This document shows positions 21,433 through 30,388 of a stretch of DNA of 64,000 nt, one piece after another. How positions within the stretch are numbered: the stretch's first letter is position 1; every line of letters starts with the position of its first letter. The position numbers and the translations under genes are program-made. The notes beneath the pieces were generated by a model. That model was not told the origin of the DNA. It was given only the letters and a program-made list of their open reading frames with translations, and made no database searches. Source of the stretch: Planctomycetota bacterium (lineage in GTDB: Bacteria; Planctomycetota; UBA1135; UBA2386); assembly GCA_965223545.1 (NCBI GenBank), contig OZ245006.1:5216001-5280000 (forward strand), written 5' to 3'.

Positions 21433-24400
21433 TCATCGGGGGCCGCAGACCACGACCTCGACGCCGTTGCTGCCCGCGATGCCCCCGGTGCTCGCAGCCC
21501 ACGCCTGCAACACCAACGACTGCCCGGCGAGGGCCGGGATCGGCGGTAGGTCCCAGGTGTACTGTGCGACACCCGTCACACCGCCGACCGGTGCCGCGAG
21601 CAGGGCGACGGGCGGCGAGACCAACAGCAGCGAGGTGCTGACCGCGGGCAGCGCGCTCTCGGCCGGAGACGTCGAGAGCAGCAGCCAGTACGGCGCGTTG
21701 GCCAGGCCGCCGGCGGCGATCAGCGACAGGGGTTGTCCGGGAGCGGGCGTGCCGGTGGCGCTGAGCAGCAGCGTCTGGCGCGCGGCGTCGAGGGCCGAGT
21801 AGCGTCGGGTGCCGCAGCCCGCGATCGCGTTGCCGGCATCGGCAGTCGGGTCGGGGAACGTGACCCAGCGGGGATCGCCGTCGACCCAACGGCCGGTGGA
21901 CACGTCGGTCAGCTGTGGGCCGAAGGAGATCGAGTCGAGCAGGGTGATGCCGTCGTCGGCGAACAAGAACAGCTGTTCGCCGGTGGCCGCGAGCTTGAAG
22001 TTGGCGTGCAGTGGGCCCTGGCTGCCGTCTTCGTCGGCCCAGATCAGCAGGGTCTGCCCGGGCGAGACGGTGAAGCCCGGTGGGATCTGCCACTTGGTCG
22101 GTGCGCTCGGGTCGTCGGACAGGTAGAGGCCGCTCGCGGTAACGGTGACCTGCGCCTTGTTGTAGAGCTCGACCCAGTCCTCGTGCTCACCGGCTTCGTC
22201 CACCGCCCCCGTCTGGTTGCTGGCCAGCAGCTCGTTGAGCACCAAGGTCTCGACCACGAACGGCGCGCGCGCCAGCGCGCTCCACTGACCATCGTCGAGG
22301 GCGCGGGCGCTGACCGTCTGGCTCCGAGTGACCGTCAGTGGGCCGCCGTACAGCGTGGCGTTCGGCGAAATCGCGCCGCCTTCCAGCCGGGGATCCGATC
22401 CGTCGGTGGTGAAGTAGATCTCCGCCGCCGGCGCGGTGAGCGTCAGCGAGAAGCCGGCCGCGACGGTGCCGCCGTGCTGCGAGAGCACCGGAGCCTCGAC
22501 GTCGGGGTACAGACCTTGGTTGCGGTACTGCTGCAGGACGATCTCCGTGCGCTGCGGAAAGAAGTCGCGCATCAGCTCGTTGCGATGCGGCACCACGTGC
22601 TCGTACTTGGTGTAGAGCGGATAAGGGCCGAACTGGAACGGGTGTACGTCGCGCCGGTAGTCGCCCCAGCGCGCGGACTCGCCGACGATCGCGTCGTCGA
22701 CCTCGGCGGCGAGCCGGGACCACTGTGCGGCGGTGCGCGCCGGGGTCAGCGCGCCCCCGGCGAAGAAGTGCTTGTGGACCCGGTCGCCGAAGCGAACGCG
22801 AAACTCCTCGATCCCGCGCAGCGTCGGCAGCAGGCCGGCGGGATCGGCCGTCGACGACGGATTGCGCACCGTGACGGACTCGAGGATGTGGTCGATATCC
22901 CACTGGTAGAACCGCCATGGCGCATCGTTGGGCCCGCCACCGGCAGCGCGCCAGTTGTTGCCCGCCGCGATGTCGGTGTTGCCGCCGTAGCGCGTGAAGA
23001 TGATGAAGTCGATGTAGTTGTCCAGTGCCAGCACCTGCTGGATCTGGGACCACTCGCGGTTGCTGACGACCGTTTGCATCCGGTTCCACGAGGCGCGCGT
23101 CCCCTGCCGGACCGAGCCGCCGGACAGCGCGTCGTAGTCGTCTTCGTCGCCGCCGTGCCACGCGGCGTAGTGCGCGTTGTCCTGGCGTTCGTGCAGGTTG
23201 TAGACGCCCCAGAACAGCCCGTTGAGGTAGAGGTTCACCTGCAGGCCCCGGCCGGCATCGGGACTGCCCATCTCGCGCGACAGCTCCTTGCCCCAGAACT
23301 CGCGCAGCAGCGAGGCGCGCTCGCGCCCGCCGGCCCACAGGTTGTTGGGGCCGCAGGTGCGGCAGCTCGTGCCGGCCCAGTGGACGAAGCTGTGCCCCCA
23401 CTGGTGGCGGATCTGCAGGCTGTCGAAGCTGGTCACCGGCGAGCCGGGAAACACCGGGTGGTCGAGCCGGCCGGCGCCGTAGCTGTCGCGGAAACGCAGG
23501 CTGAACGAGTGCTTGGGGTTGTAGATCGGATCGCGGCTGCGGCCGCCCTGGATCCGCAACCCACACGTCACCGAGAAACCGGGCGTGCCGTCGGGATGGA
23601 TCAGCTCGGCGTCGACGACGCGCTCCCAGCTGCGGCCCGAGCGCTGTGGGTTGGAGTAGATGCCGCTGCTGCCGAACAGGTCGCCCGGGTCGAGCACCAG
23701 AGAGAGGCTCGGGATCTCGACCAAGCCGCGGCGCACTTCGGCGCTGTAGAGCGGGTCGTCGACGACTTCGGGATCCATCTCGTAGTCGGCCCCCGGTGCG
23801 GTTCCGCCCCAGGCGGTCGGCCAACCGGCCGGCGTCGCCGGCTGGTGGACGATGTCCTCGACGAAGAGATACGTCTTGGTCGCCGTCAGCGACCCGCCCA
23901 GCCCGACGCCGAACGCCGCCGCGCGCAGACACGTGGTGCGCGCGATGCGGATGGGGCCGCCGTAGAGGCTGCTGGTCGTCGGGCTCGGTGCGCTGCCGTC
24001 CGTGGTGTAGTAGATCGCAGCGCCCGGCGTCGGGCTGCTGATGGTGACATCGAACGGCGCCGACGCGAAGCCGCTGTCCACGCTGAGCGTCGGGTCGGCC
24101 GTGAAGCCCGCCACACCGGGACTGGTGGGGAACCCGTTCGGAGTCGAGGTCGAGAAGTGCGCAAGCGTCGCGCCGTAGCCGGTGCCGGCGACGAGTTCCG
24201 GTCGGATCAGGAAGTCGCTGCTGCCGACGGACACGTTGAGACCGTGGATGGCCAGCAGGTTGCTGCCGGTCTGCAGCAAACCCAAGTGCGCCGAGAGGTC
24301 GAAGTCGACGAACAGAACGGCCTCGGCGTCGGGGTGGCTGGTCGTCGAGATCGAGTTCCAGGCGAGGGCGGCGGGAGCGTTCGCCGCGGCGACGCGCGCG

Positions 24401-25173
24401 CCGTTGAGATAGGCGACGAACCCGTCGTCGTACTGCATGCGCAGCGTCAACGACGTCAGCGCGGCGGGATCGGCGACGTCGAAATCGACCCGGATGTAGG
24501 CGGAGCCGTTGCGCTGGAACATCGTCGACTCGAGGTCGAGGCCGATCAGGGTCTCGTAGCCCGCGGTCGTCTCGTAGCCGACGCCGGTCGTACCCGTGCT
24601 CCAGCCTGCCGGCGTTTCGCCCTCGGTCCAACCGAGGCCGAGCGCGCCGCTGGTGGGCACGTGCGCCGTTGCGGGAGCGCCGGTGGCGATCAGCAGCTGT
24701 GGGTTGGCGGCGGGCGCGCTGCCGTAGCTGGTGTTGGTCCGAAGCGGCGGGAAGGCGGGCGCGAACTCGTTCGCGATGCTGAATCCGTCGGGTTGGACGA
24801 GGGCGAGGTACTCGCCCTGCGCCGCCAGCTTGAAGTTCGTGTGCAGCTCCTCTCCTGCGCGCGCGCGGTTCTTGCCGGAGGCGAACACCACGAGGTGGGC
24901 CCCGGCCGGGACCACGGTCGAGGGAAACCGCCACTTGGCCAGCGCGGTCGGGTCGTCGGTCAGCGACCACCCGGCGAGGTCGACCGCCCCGCTGCCGGGG
25001 TTGTAGATTTCGATCCAGTCGGAGTCGTCCCCGTCCTCGTCCAGCAGCGCGCCCGCGTTGGCGGCCATCAGCTCCGAGACGAACGGCAAGGACGGCTGCG
25101 CCGGCGCGGCCAGTGCGAACAACACGGTGACAACGGCGGCGCCGGCCAGGGAACGACGGAGCGGGGTGGGCAT
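21433..25173 (-). CDS. Secreted CotH-kinase-family protein with lamin-tail domains and chitobiase/FN3-like modules
   Basis: Signal peptide; SELMAAN..DEDGDDSDWIEIYN and NELLASN..DWVELYN (LTD); IYYTTDGS and IYFTTDGSDP; LYLNGLFWGVYNLHER, WDID, ESARWGD. Confidence 0.88.
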   Translation of the reverse strand: MPTPLRRSLAGAAVVTVLFALAAPAQPSLPFVSELMAANAGALLDEDGDDSDWIEIYNPGSGAVDLAGWSLTDDPTALAKWRFPSTVVPAGAHLVVFASGKNRARAGEELHTNFKLAAQGEYLALVQPDGFSIANEFAPAFPPLRTNTSYGSAPAANPQLLIATGAPATAHVPTSGALGLGWTEGETPAGWSTGTTGVGYETTAGYETLIGLDLESTMFQRNGSAYIRVDFDVADPAALTSLTLRMQYDDGFVAYLNGARVAAANAPAALAWNSISTTSHPDAEAVLFVDFDLSAHLGLLQTGSNLLAIHGLNVSVGSSDFLIRPELVAGTGYGATLAHFSTSTPNGFPTSPGVAGFTADPTLSVDSGFASAPFDVTISSPTPGAAIYYTTDGSAPSPTTSSLYGGPIRIARTTCLRAAAFGVGLGGSLTATKTYLFVEDIVHQPATPAGWPTAWGGTAPGADYEMDPEVVDDPLYSAEVRRGLVEIPSLSLVLDPGDLFGSSGIYSNPQRSGRSWERVVDAELIHPDGTPGFSVTCGLRIQGGRSRDPIYNPKHSFSLRFRDSYGAGRLDHPVFPGSPVTSFDSLQIRHQWGHSFVHWAGTSCRTCGPNNLWAGGRERASLLREFWGKELSREMGSPDAGRGLQVNLYLNGLFWGVYNLHERQDNAHYAAWHGGDEDDYDALSGGSVRQGTRASWNRMQTVVSNREWSQIQQVLALDNYIDFIIFTRYGGNTDIAAGNNWRAAGGGPNDAPWRFYQWDIDHILESVTVRNPSSTADPAGLLPTLRGIEEFRVRFGDRVHKHFFAGGALTPARTAAQWSRLAAEVDDAIVGESARWGDYRRDVHPFQFGPYPLYTKYEHVVPHRNELMRDFFPQRTEIVLQQYRNQGLYPDVEAPVLSQHGGTVAAGFSLTLTAPAAEIYFTTDGSDPRLEGGAISPNATLYGGPLTVTRSQTVSARALDDGQWSALARAPFVVETLVLNELLASNQTGAVDEAGEHEDWVELYNKAQVTVTASGLYLSDDPSAPTKWQIPPGFTVSPGQTLLIWADEDGSQGPLHANFKLAATGEQLFLFADDGITLLDSISFGPQLTDVSTGRWVDGDPRWVTFPDPTADAGNAIAGCGTRRYSALDAARQTLLLSATGTPAPGQPLSLIAAGGLANAPYWLLLSTSPAESALPAVSTSLLLVSPPVALLAAPVGGVTGVAQYTWDLPPIPALAGQSLVLQAWAASTGGIAGSNGVEVVVCGPR

Positions 25174-25345
25174 GGGCGGGCCTATCGGGGGACGGGACAT
25201 CGATCCGGTGGCAGTGTAGTTCGTCGCCCGGGGCCCATGTTCGCAGGATCGTTACGTCCAGGCGGATGGCGGGGCCGCAGCGCGCCCGGGGGCGACTGCT
25301 ACACTGGCGCCGCACCGTACGTTGCACAATCGGAGTCGGAAACTG

Positions 25346-27049
25346 ATGGACCGTGTCGCTGTCGCGCTTCTCACCGTTGTCTTCTGCGTCCAGACGGCGT
25401 TCGGCCAGGTGCCGCGCAGCCCGCAGCGGTTGGACCCGACGTCGACCCTGAGTCGCGATCCGGTCATCGCCAGCGCCGGTGATGTGTCGGTGGTCGCCTG
25501 GGCCGAGGCCGGCGCGGTGTACGCCGCGCGCTCCGACGGGCGCGGCACGACCTGGAGTGCGGCGGTGAGAGTGGATGGCGACGGCACCGGCGCCAAGAAG
25601 GATCTCGAGTCGGGCGATCTGTTGGTGGTCGGCGGTTCTGCCTACGTCATCTGGCGGGATGAGCGCCACGGCGCCAACCACCGGGAGATCTACTTCAGTC
25701 GTTCCACCGACGGTGGTGCCACTTGGGCGCCCGAGCAGCGCATCGACAAGTCGGTGCCGGTCGGCATCGGCACCGTGCGCGACCACCGGTTGGCGGTGGG
25801 GGCGACTTCGCCCGCGAGCGTGCACGTCTTGCTGTCGATCGACGCGACCCTGCTCAGCAACGAGATCCTGATTCTGGTCCGTTCCACCGACGGTGGCCAG
25901 ACGTTTGCTCCAGCGACCGTGGTCCCGCAGGGCATCGCCGCCGGTGCGGCGGACGTCGACAACGTCGACGCGGTCGCCGACGGCAGCACGCTGTACGTCG
26001 CCTGGGTCGACGATCGGTTGGGCGAAGACGACGTGTATCTGCAGAAGTCGACCGACGCCGGGGCCACGTGGTTGGCGCAGGACCTGCAGCTGGACAGCTC
26101 GGTGGGCGGCAACGCCGAGGACATCCCCTGCCTGGCGGTCTCCGGCAACATGGTCGCGGTCGCTTGGCTCGAGGAACGCCCCAAGGGCGCGCCCGAATCG
26201 CTGCGCGCCAACGTCTCCGTCGACGGCGCGGCTTCGTTTGGCGGCGACGTGCTGGTGGGCAGCTACATCGTCAACCTCGTCGACGTCGACAATCCGCAGC
26301 TCGTCATCACCGGCAACGGCGACTTGGTCGCCGCCTGGGACGACAATCGCTTCGGTTTCGACGAGGTGTTCGCCGCCGCGTCTTCGGATGGCGGACTCTC
26401 TTGGGCACCCGACGTCCAGCTGTCCAGCTCCAGCGGTGAGTTCCCGCGGCTGGCCACGTCCGGGGCCGATGAGGTCGTCGTCGTGTGGACTGGCGGCGTG
26501 TTTCCGGAGAAGGCGCGGGCCGCGTTGTCGACGGACGGTGGGGCGACCTGGCTGCCGCGGGTCGAGGCGTCGCCCAATCCAGGCGATGCCGACTCGGCCG
26601 AGGTGGCGTACAACGCGCGCTACCACAACTTCGCGATGGCCTACCTGGCCGACGACTTCGGCGTCAACAACGTGTACGCCGGTGGCTTCCGGCCGCAGAC
26701 CGTGCTCGCCAACGGTTGGAACACCAGGACCTCGCCGGCGTGGTTCGACGTCCACCGCGCCGGGGCGGCCAACGTCGCCCTGATCGGCTTGTCGACGGGG
26801 ACGGGGCCGCTGACGATTCCCGGCGACGGGCGGTTGCTCGAGCTGAGCGGAGACCCACTGTTGGCCGCGACGCTCAGCAGTCCGCTGTTCGTGGCGCCCA
26901 TCGTGAATGGTGACGGCAGTACCACCGCGATCCCCAACCCGTTCGCCAATCTGGCGCCCGTCGGGCTGACGATCCACTACGCAGCGATCGCACTGGATGG
27001 CAGCGGCGGGATCACCGCGCTCACCGACCCCTCGTCGTTCCAACTCTGA
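25346..27049 (+). CDS. Secreted BNR/Asp-box (sialidase-like) beta-propeller protein
   Basis: Signal peptide; Asp-boxes RSDGRGTTW, RSTDGGATW, RSTDGGQTF, KSTDAGATW, SSDGGLSW, STDGGATW. Confidence 0.85.
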   Translation: MDRVAVALLTVVFCVQTAFGQVPRSPQRLDPTSTLSRDPVIASAGDVSVVAWAEAGAVYAARSDGRGTTWSAAVRVDGDGTGAKKDLESGDLLVVGGSAYVIWRDERHGANHREIYFSRSTDGGATWAPEQRIDKSVPVGIGTVRDHRLAVGATSPASVHVLLSIDATLLSNEILILVRSTDGGQTFAPATVVPQGIAAGAADVDNVDAVADGSTLYVAWVDDRLGEDDVYLQKSTDAGATWLAQDLQLDSSVGGNAEDIPCLAVSGNMVAVAWLEERPKGAPESLRANVSVDGAASFGGDVLVGSYIVNLVDVDNPQLVITGNGDLVAAWDDNRFGFDEVFAAASSDGGLSWAPDVQLSSSSGEFPRLATSGADEVVVVWTGGVFPEKARAALSTDGGATWLPRVEASPNPGDADSAEVAYNARYHNFAMAYLADDFGVNNVYAGGFRPQTVLANGWNTRTSPAWFDVHRAGAANVALIGLSTGTGPLTIPGDGRLLELSGDPLLAATLSSPLFVAPIVNGDGSTTAIPNPFANLAPVGLTIHYAAIALDGSGGITALTDPSSFQL

Positions 27050-27232
27050 AACGCGAACGGGCACCGGCGCGACGACCGCACGGGAATCTCCGCAGGTGGC
27101 TTCCGCGGGCCGTGCTCAACCCCGGGGCGGCTGACGCTACAGTCGCCGCCGTGACCCAGGCCGTGCCCACTCAGCTGTCGCGCCGGACGACAGAAGCGTC
27201 TTCGGACGCAACACCGGCTGGCCGCGTGTCCT

Positions 27233-27248
27233 CGGCATGTCGGTTGCG
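27233..27248 (+). promoter_or_regulatory. Putative sigma54 (-24/-12) promoter of the kinase-porin-ABC-ligase-ppd operon
   Basis: CGGCATGTCGGTTGCG has exact GG-N10-GC spacing with GGCA and TTGC elements. Confidence 0.6.
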
Positions 27249-27323
27249 TTCGCGACGGTCTTGCTCCGCGATGTGCAGCAGAATCCGCGTGTTGCCGGCC
27301 AACCTCGCTCCGAGCGGGGCGCG

Positions 27324-28625
27324 ATGACGGTCTGCCCGTTGCCCACTGGTGCATCGGCGGCGCTGGCGCGCGCGCTCGATCGCGCGTGGTTGTTGGCGGC
27401 GGTGCGCCAGCACCTCGCACCCGACGCGGAGGTGCAGACCGCCTCCGCCGACTACGTGCGCTACAAGGCGCAGCACGGTTCGTTGGTCGGTTGGCGAGTA
27501 TGCGTGCGCGACGCGAACGGCGAGCATGCGACCTGGGTCACCGCTCGGTGCGCCGACCCGGCGCGGCTCGCCAACGAGGCGCGCCGGCTGCGCGGCCGCA
27601 AGGAGTCGGTGCACGCCGGGCTGCGCGGCACTCCGGCGCTGGTCGATGACGTGCTGCTGATGGCGTTTCCGGTCGATCGCGCGCTGCGCGGTCTGCGTTG
27701 GCTGCTGCGGGCGTCGCGGGCCAAGGCGCTGGTGCAGGAGCACCGCGCCGAGTGGATCGCGCCGGGCTACCGGGTCTCCAAGCGGCGCAGCCACGCCGAG
27801 CTGGTCCGCTACAAGCCCGAGCGGCGGGCGGTGCTGCGGTGGCGGCTGGGGACGGTGGACGAGGCGCGGCGGGGTGGGCCCGAGGTCACCGCTTTCGTGC
27901 GACTGCACGCCGAGCCGATCGCGGCGCGCGCCGTCGCGGCGCTCAACGCGGCCGCTGCCGGCGGTGTGCGCTGTCCGGCCCGGGCCAAGGCCGTGCACGA
28001 GCGGTTGGCGATCGAAGAGGCCATCGACGGTCGACCCGCCGGCCGTCAGGCCGATCTCGGTGAGCGCGTCGGTGCGCTGCTGGCACGTCTGCACCGCGTT
28101 GCCTGCCCTCCGCAGCTGCCGGAGTGCGATGCGGGCGCGGTGCTGGGTGAGGCGCGCGCCGCGGTCGACGGCCTGCAATTGCTCCAGCCGCGTCTCGGCG
28201 AGGCAGCGGCGCGCGTGCTCGACCGCCTCGGTGCCCGTGCGTCGGCGGCGGTCGCGCCGGTGTTCGCGCACGGCGACTTCCACCGCGGCCAGCTGCTGGA
28301 CGCCGCCTGTGACCTGGGAGTGGTCGACTTCGACCGCGCGGCCGCGGCGCCCGCGGCGCGTGATCTCGCGGAGTACTGTGCCCACGAGATCGGGCTGGAT
28401 CCGAGCCAAGGTGATCCCGAGCAGAGGCTCGATGGCCTGGGCGCCGCGCTGCTCGCCGGCTACGAGGCGGGCGGCGGTGCGCCCCCCGCCGCGCTGGCCT
28501 GGCATCTCGCCGCGGCGCTGCTGCGCCAAGCGGTGCGGCCGTTCCGCGAGCTGCGCGCCGACTGGCCGGAGCAGGCGCAGAGTCTCCTGCACCTGGCGGC
28601 GCGCGTGGCGGAGGCGAAGCAGTGA
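27324..28625 (+). CDS. Aminoglycoside-phosphotransferase/choline-kinase-fold protein
   Basis: Twice-repeated VRYK motif, LLMAFPVDRAL, LARLH, Brenner-like HGDFHRGQ and DFD. Start placed at ATG 27324, downstream of the promoter motif. Confidence 0.75.
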   Translation: MTVCPLPTGASAALARALDRAWLLAAVRQHLAPDAEVQTASADYVRYKAQHGSLVGWRVCVRDANGEHATWVTARCADPARLANEARRLRGRKESVHAGLRGTPALVDDVLLMAFPVDRALRGLRWLLRASRAKALVQEHRAEWIAPGYRVSKRRSHAELVRYKPERRAVLRWRLGTVDEARRGGPEVTAFVRLHAEPIAARAVAALNAAAAGGVRCPARAKAVHERLAIEEAIDGRPAGRQADLGERVGALLARLHRVACPPQLPECDAGAVLGEARAAVDGLQLLQPRLGEAAARVLDRLGARASAAVAPVFAHGDFHRGQLLDAACDLGVVDFDRAAAAPAARDLAEYCAHEIGLDPSQGDPEQRLDGLGAALLAGYEAGGGAPPAALAWHLAAALLRQAVRPFRELRADWPEQAQSLLHLAARVAEAKQ

Positions 28626-30388
28626 CCGCGGGGGCGCCCCGCGCAGTGGTCGTTTGCGTGTTGGCCGCCGCCTGCGCCGGCCCACCGCAGCGCAGTGGGG
28701 GCGAGGTCGCGGTCGGCACCTGGGTCGAGGTGCAGGGCGACGTGCAGGACGGCGTGCCGCGGGTGCGCAGTGTCACCGCGCTCGAGCGCTCGGAATCCGA
28801 CAAGGCCGAGAAGATGACGATCACGGCACCGGCGTCCGCCGACGTCGGTCTGCACGACACGCGGCTCGGGGTGCTGGGCCTCGAAGTGGACGTCGAGGCG
28901 GAGACCGAGTTCGAGGACGCCGAGCGCGAGCCCACGCCACGGTTTCCGATCGCGGCCGGCGATTGGGTGCGGGTCAAGACGCGGCAGACCCGCGACCAGC
29001 GCGTTCGCGCACGCGAGGTGCGCCAGCTCGAGCCGCGCAGGCAGTTCGAGATCGAGGGCGAGCTGACGGGGTACGACCGAGCCAGGCAGCGGTTGACCAT
29101 CGGTTCGCTGCAGCTGCCGAATGGCAGCGCTGCCGAGGTGCGCTGGCGCGACGTGGACGACGACGACGAGATCGATCCCAACGATCCGCTGGCGCTGTTC
29201 CGCGCCGACGACCAGAAGGGCGTACCGTTCTCGATTGCGCTCGGCGAGCGGGTCTTGCTCGGCGGCGACCTCGCCCTCAAGGTCGAGCGCCGCGACGAGT
29301 ACGACCTGCGCCGCAGCCGCGATCGGGACCGCACCGACCTCAGCGCCGAGAGCAAGCTGGACCTGCTGTGGAGCTTCGACAAGCGCGGGTCGTTCGTCTT
29401 GTTCGAGGCCAAGGGTGGTGCCAGTCACTCGTTCGAGGAGGGCGATCCCGACCGCGGCACGACGTCCAAGCGGATCTCGCGCGCCTACGCCTATTGGAAT
29501 CCGAGCGACGCGCTGCGCCTGCAGGTCGGGCGGCAGGACTTCGACGGTGATCGCGAGTGGCTGTACGACGAGATCCTCGACGGTGCGCGCGTGCGCTGGC
29601 TGGTCGATGGCTTCGATGTCGAGGCGTTTGCCGCCGCCGGGCGCGAGTTCCTGACCGGTGACAACGGGCTGGAGGACAACTACTTCCTCGGCGCGCTGGC
29701 GCGCTATCACCTCGACGACGACCACCGCGTCACCGCCTACGTCCTGCAGCGCATCGACTCCAATCCGCGCAACTTCGAGCCGTTCCTGGTCGGCCTGCGC
29801 TCGTTCGCCAAGCCGTGGCGCGGGCTCGGTCACTGGCTGGAGTTGGCCCACTCGAGCGGCTACGCCGGATCGACGAAGATCGACGGCTACGGCGTCGACG
29901 TCGGTCTGATGTATCGCTTCGACCTGAGCTGGCGGCCGACGGTCGCCGCGGGCTACGCGCTGGGCACCGGCGAGGACGATCCCGGCCGCATGGGTTTCCG
30001 CCAGTCCGGCATCCAGGACAACAACGGCAAGTTCGGCGGCGTCACCAGCTTCCGCTATTACGGCGAAGTGCTCGAACCCGAGCTCGCCAACCTCGAGGTG
30101 TGGACGATGGCCGTCGGTGTGCGCCCACACCGCCGCTTCTCGGCGGATGTGATCGCGCACGTCTACCGCCAGGACCGCGCCGTGGACCGGTTGATCGACA
30201 CCAAACTGCGGACGCGCCCCAACGGCACTTCGACCGACCTCGGCGTCGGTGTGGATCTGGTGCTCGGCTATCGGCCTTCGCAGTGGGCGCGCATGGAGCT
30301 GATCGCCGGTCGTTTCGATCCGGGTGCGGCCTTTGACAACAACGACGCCGCGCACAAGCTCGAGCTGTCGGCACGGTTCAAGTTCTGA
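28622..30388 (+). CDS. Alginate-export (AlgE-like) outer-membrane barrel with N-terminal DUF5666-like repeats
   Basis: Lipobox-like LAAAC; VGTWVEVQG and GDWVRVK...EIEG repeats; VGRQDF..DREWLYDEILDG, FRQSGIQDN, FRYYGEVLEPELANL; terminal Phe. Confidence 0.75.
   Translation: MTAGAPRAVVVCVLAAACAGPPQRSGGEVAVGTWVEVQGDVQDGVPRVRSVTALERSESDKAEKMTITAPASADVGLHDTRLGVLGLEVDVEAETEFEDAEREPTPRFPIAAGDWVRVKTRQTRDQRVRAREVRQLEPRRQFEIEGELTGYDRARQRLTIGSLQLPNGSAAEVRWRDVDDDDEIDPNDPLALFRADDQKGVPFSIALGERVLLGGDLALKVERRDEYDLRRSRDRDRTDLSAESKLDLLWSFDKRGSFVLFEAKGGASHSFEEGDPDRGTTSKRISRAYAYWNPSDALRLQVGRQDFDGDREWLYDEILDGARVRWLVDGFDVEAFAAAGREFLTGDNGLEDNYFLGALARYHLDDDHRVTAYVLQRIDSNPRNFEPFLVGLRSFAKPWRGLGHWLELAHSSGYAGSTKIDGYGVDVGLMYRFDLSWRPTVAAGYALGTGEDDPGRMGFRQSGIQDNNGKFGGVTSFRYYGEVLEPELANLEVWTMAVGVRPHRRFSADVIAHVYRQDRAVDRLIDTKLRTRPNGTSTDLGVGVDLVLGYRPSQWARMELIAGRFDPGAAFDNNDAAHKLELSARFKF

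Noticed and set aside
21733..27064. Very long alternative-frame ORFs (e.g. 21733-25482 +, 22187-27064 -, and similar ones across the window)
   Set aside because: Arg/Ala/Gly-rich shadow ORFs typical of high-GC DNA, overlapping well-supported genes.
27324..28625. Aminoglycoside resistance gene
   Set aside because: Only the generic kinase-fold motifs match; length and operon context point to a biosynthetic role.
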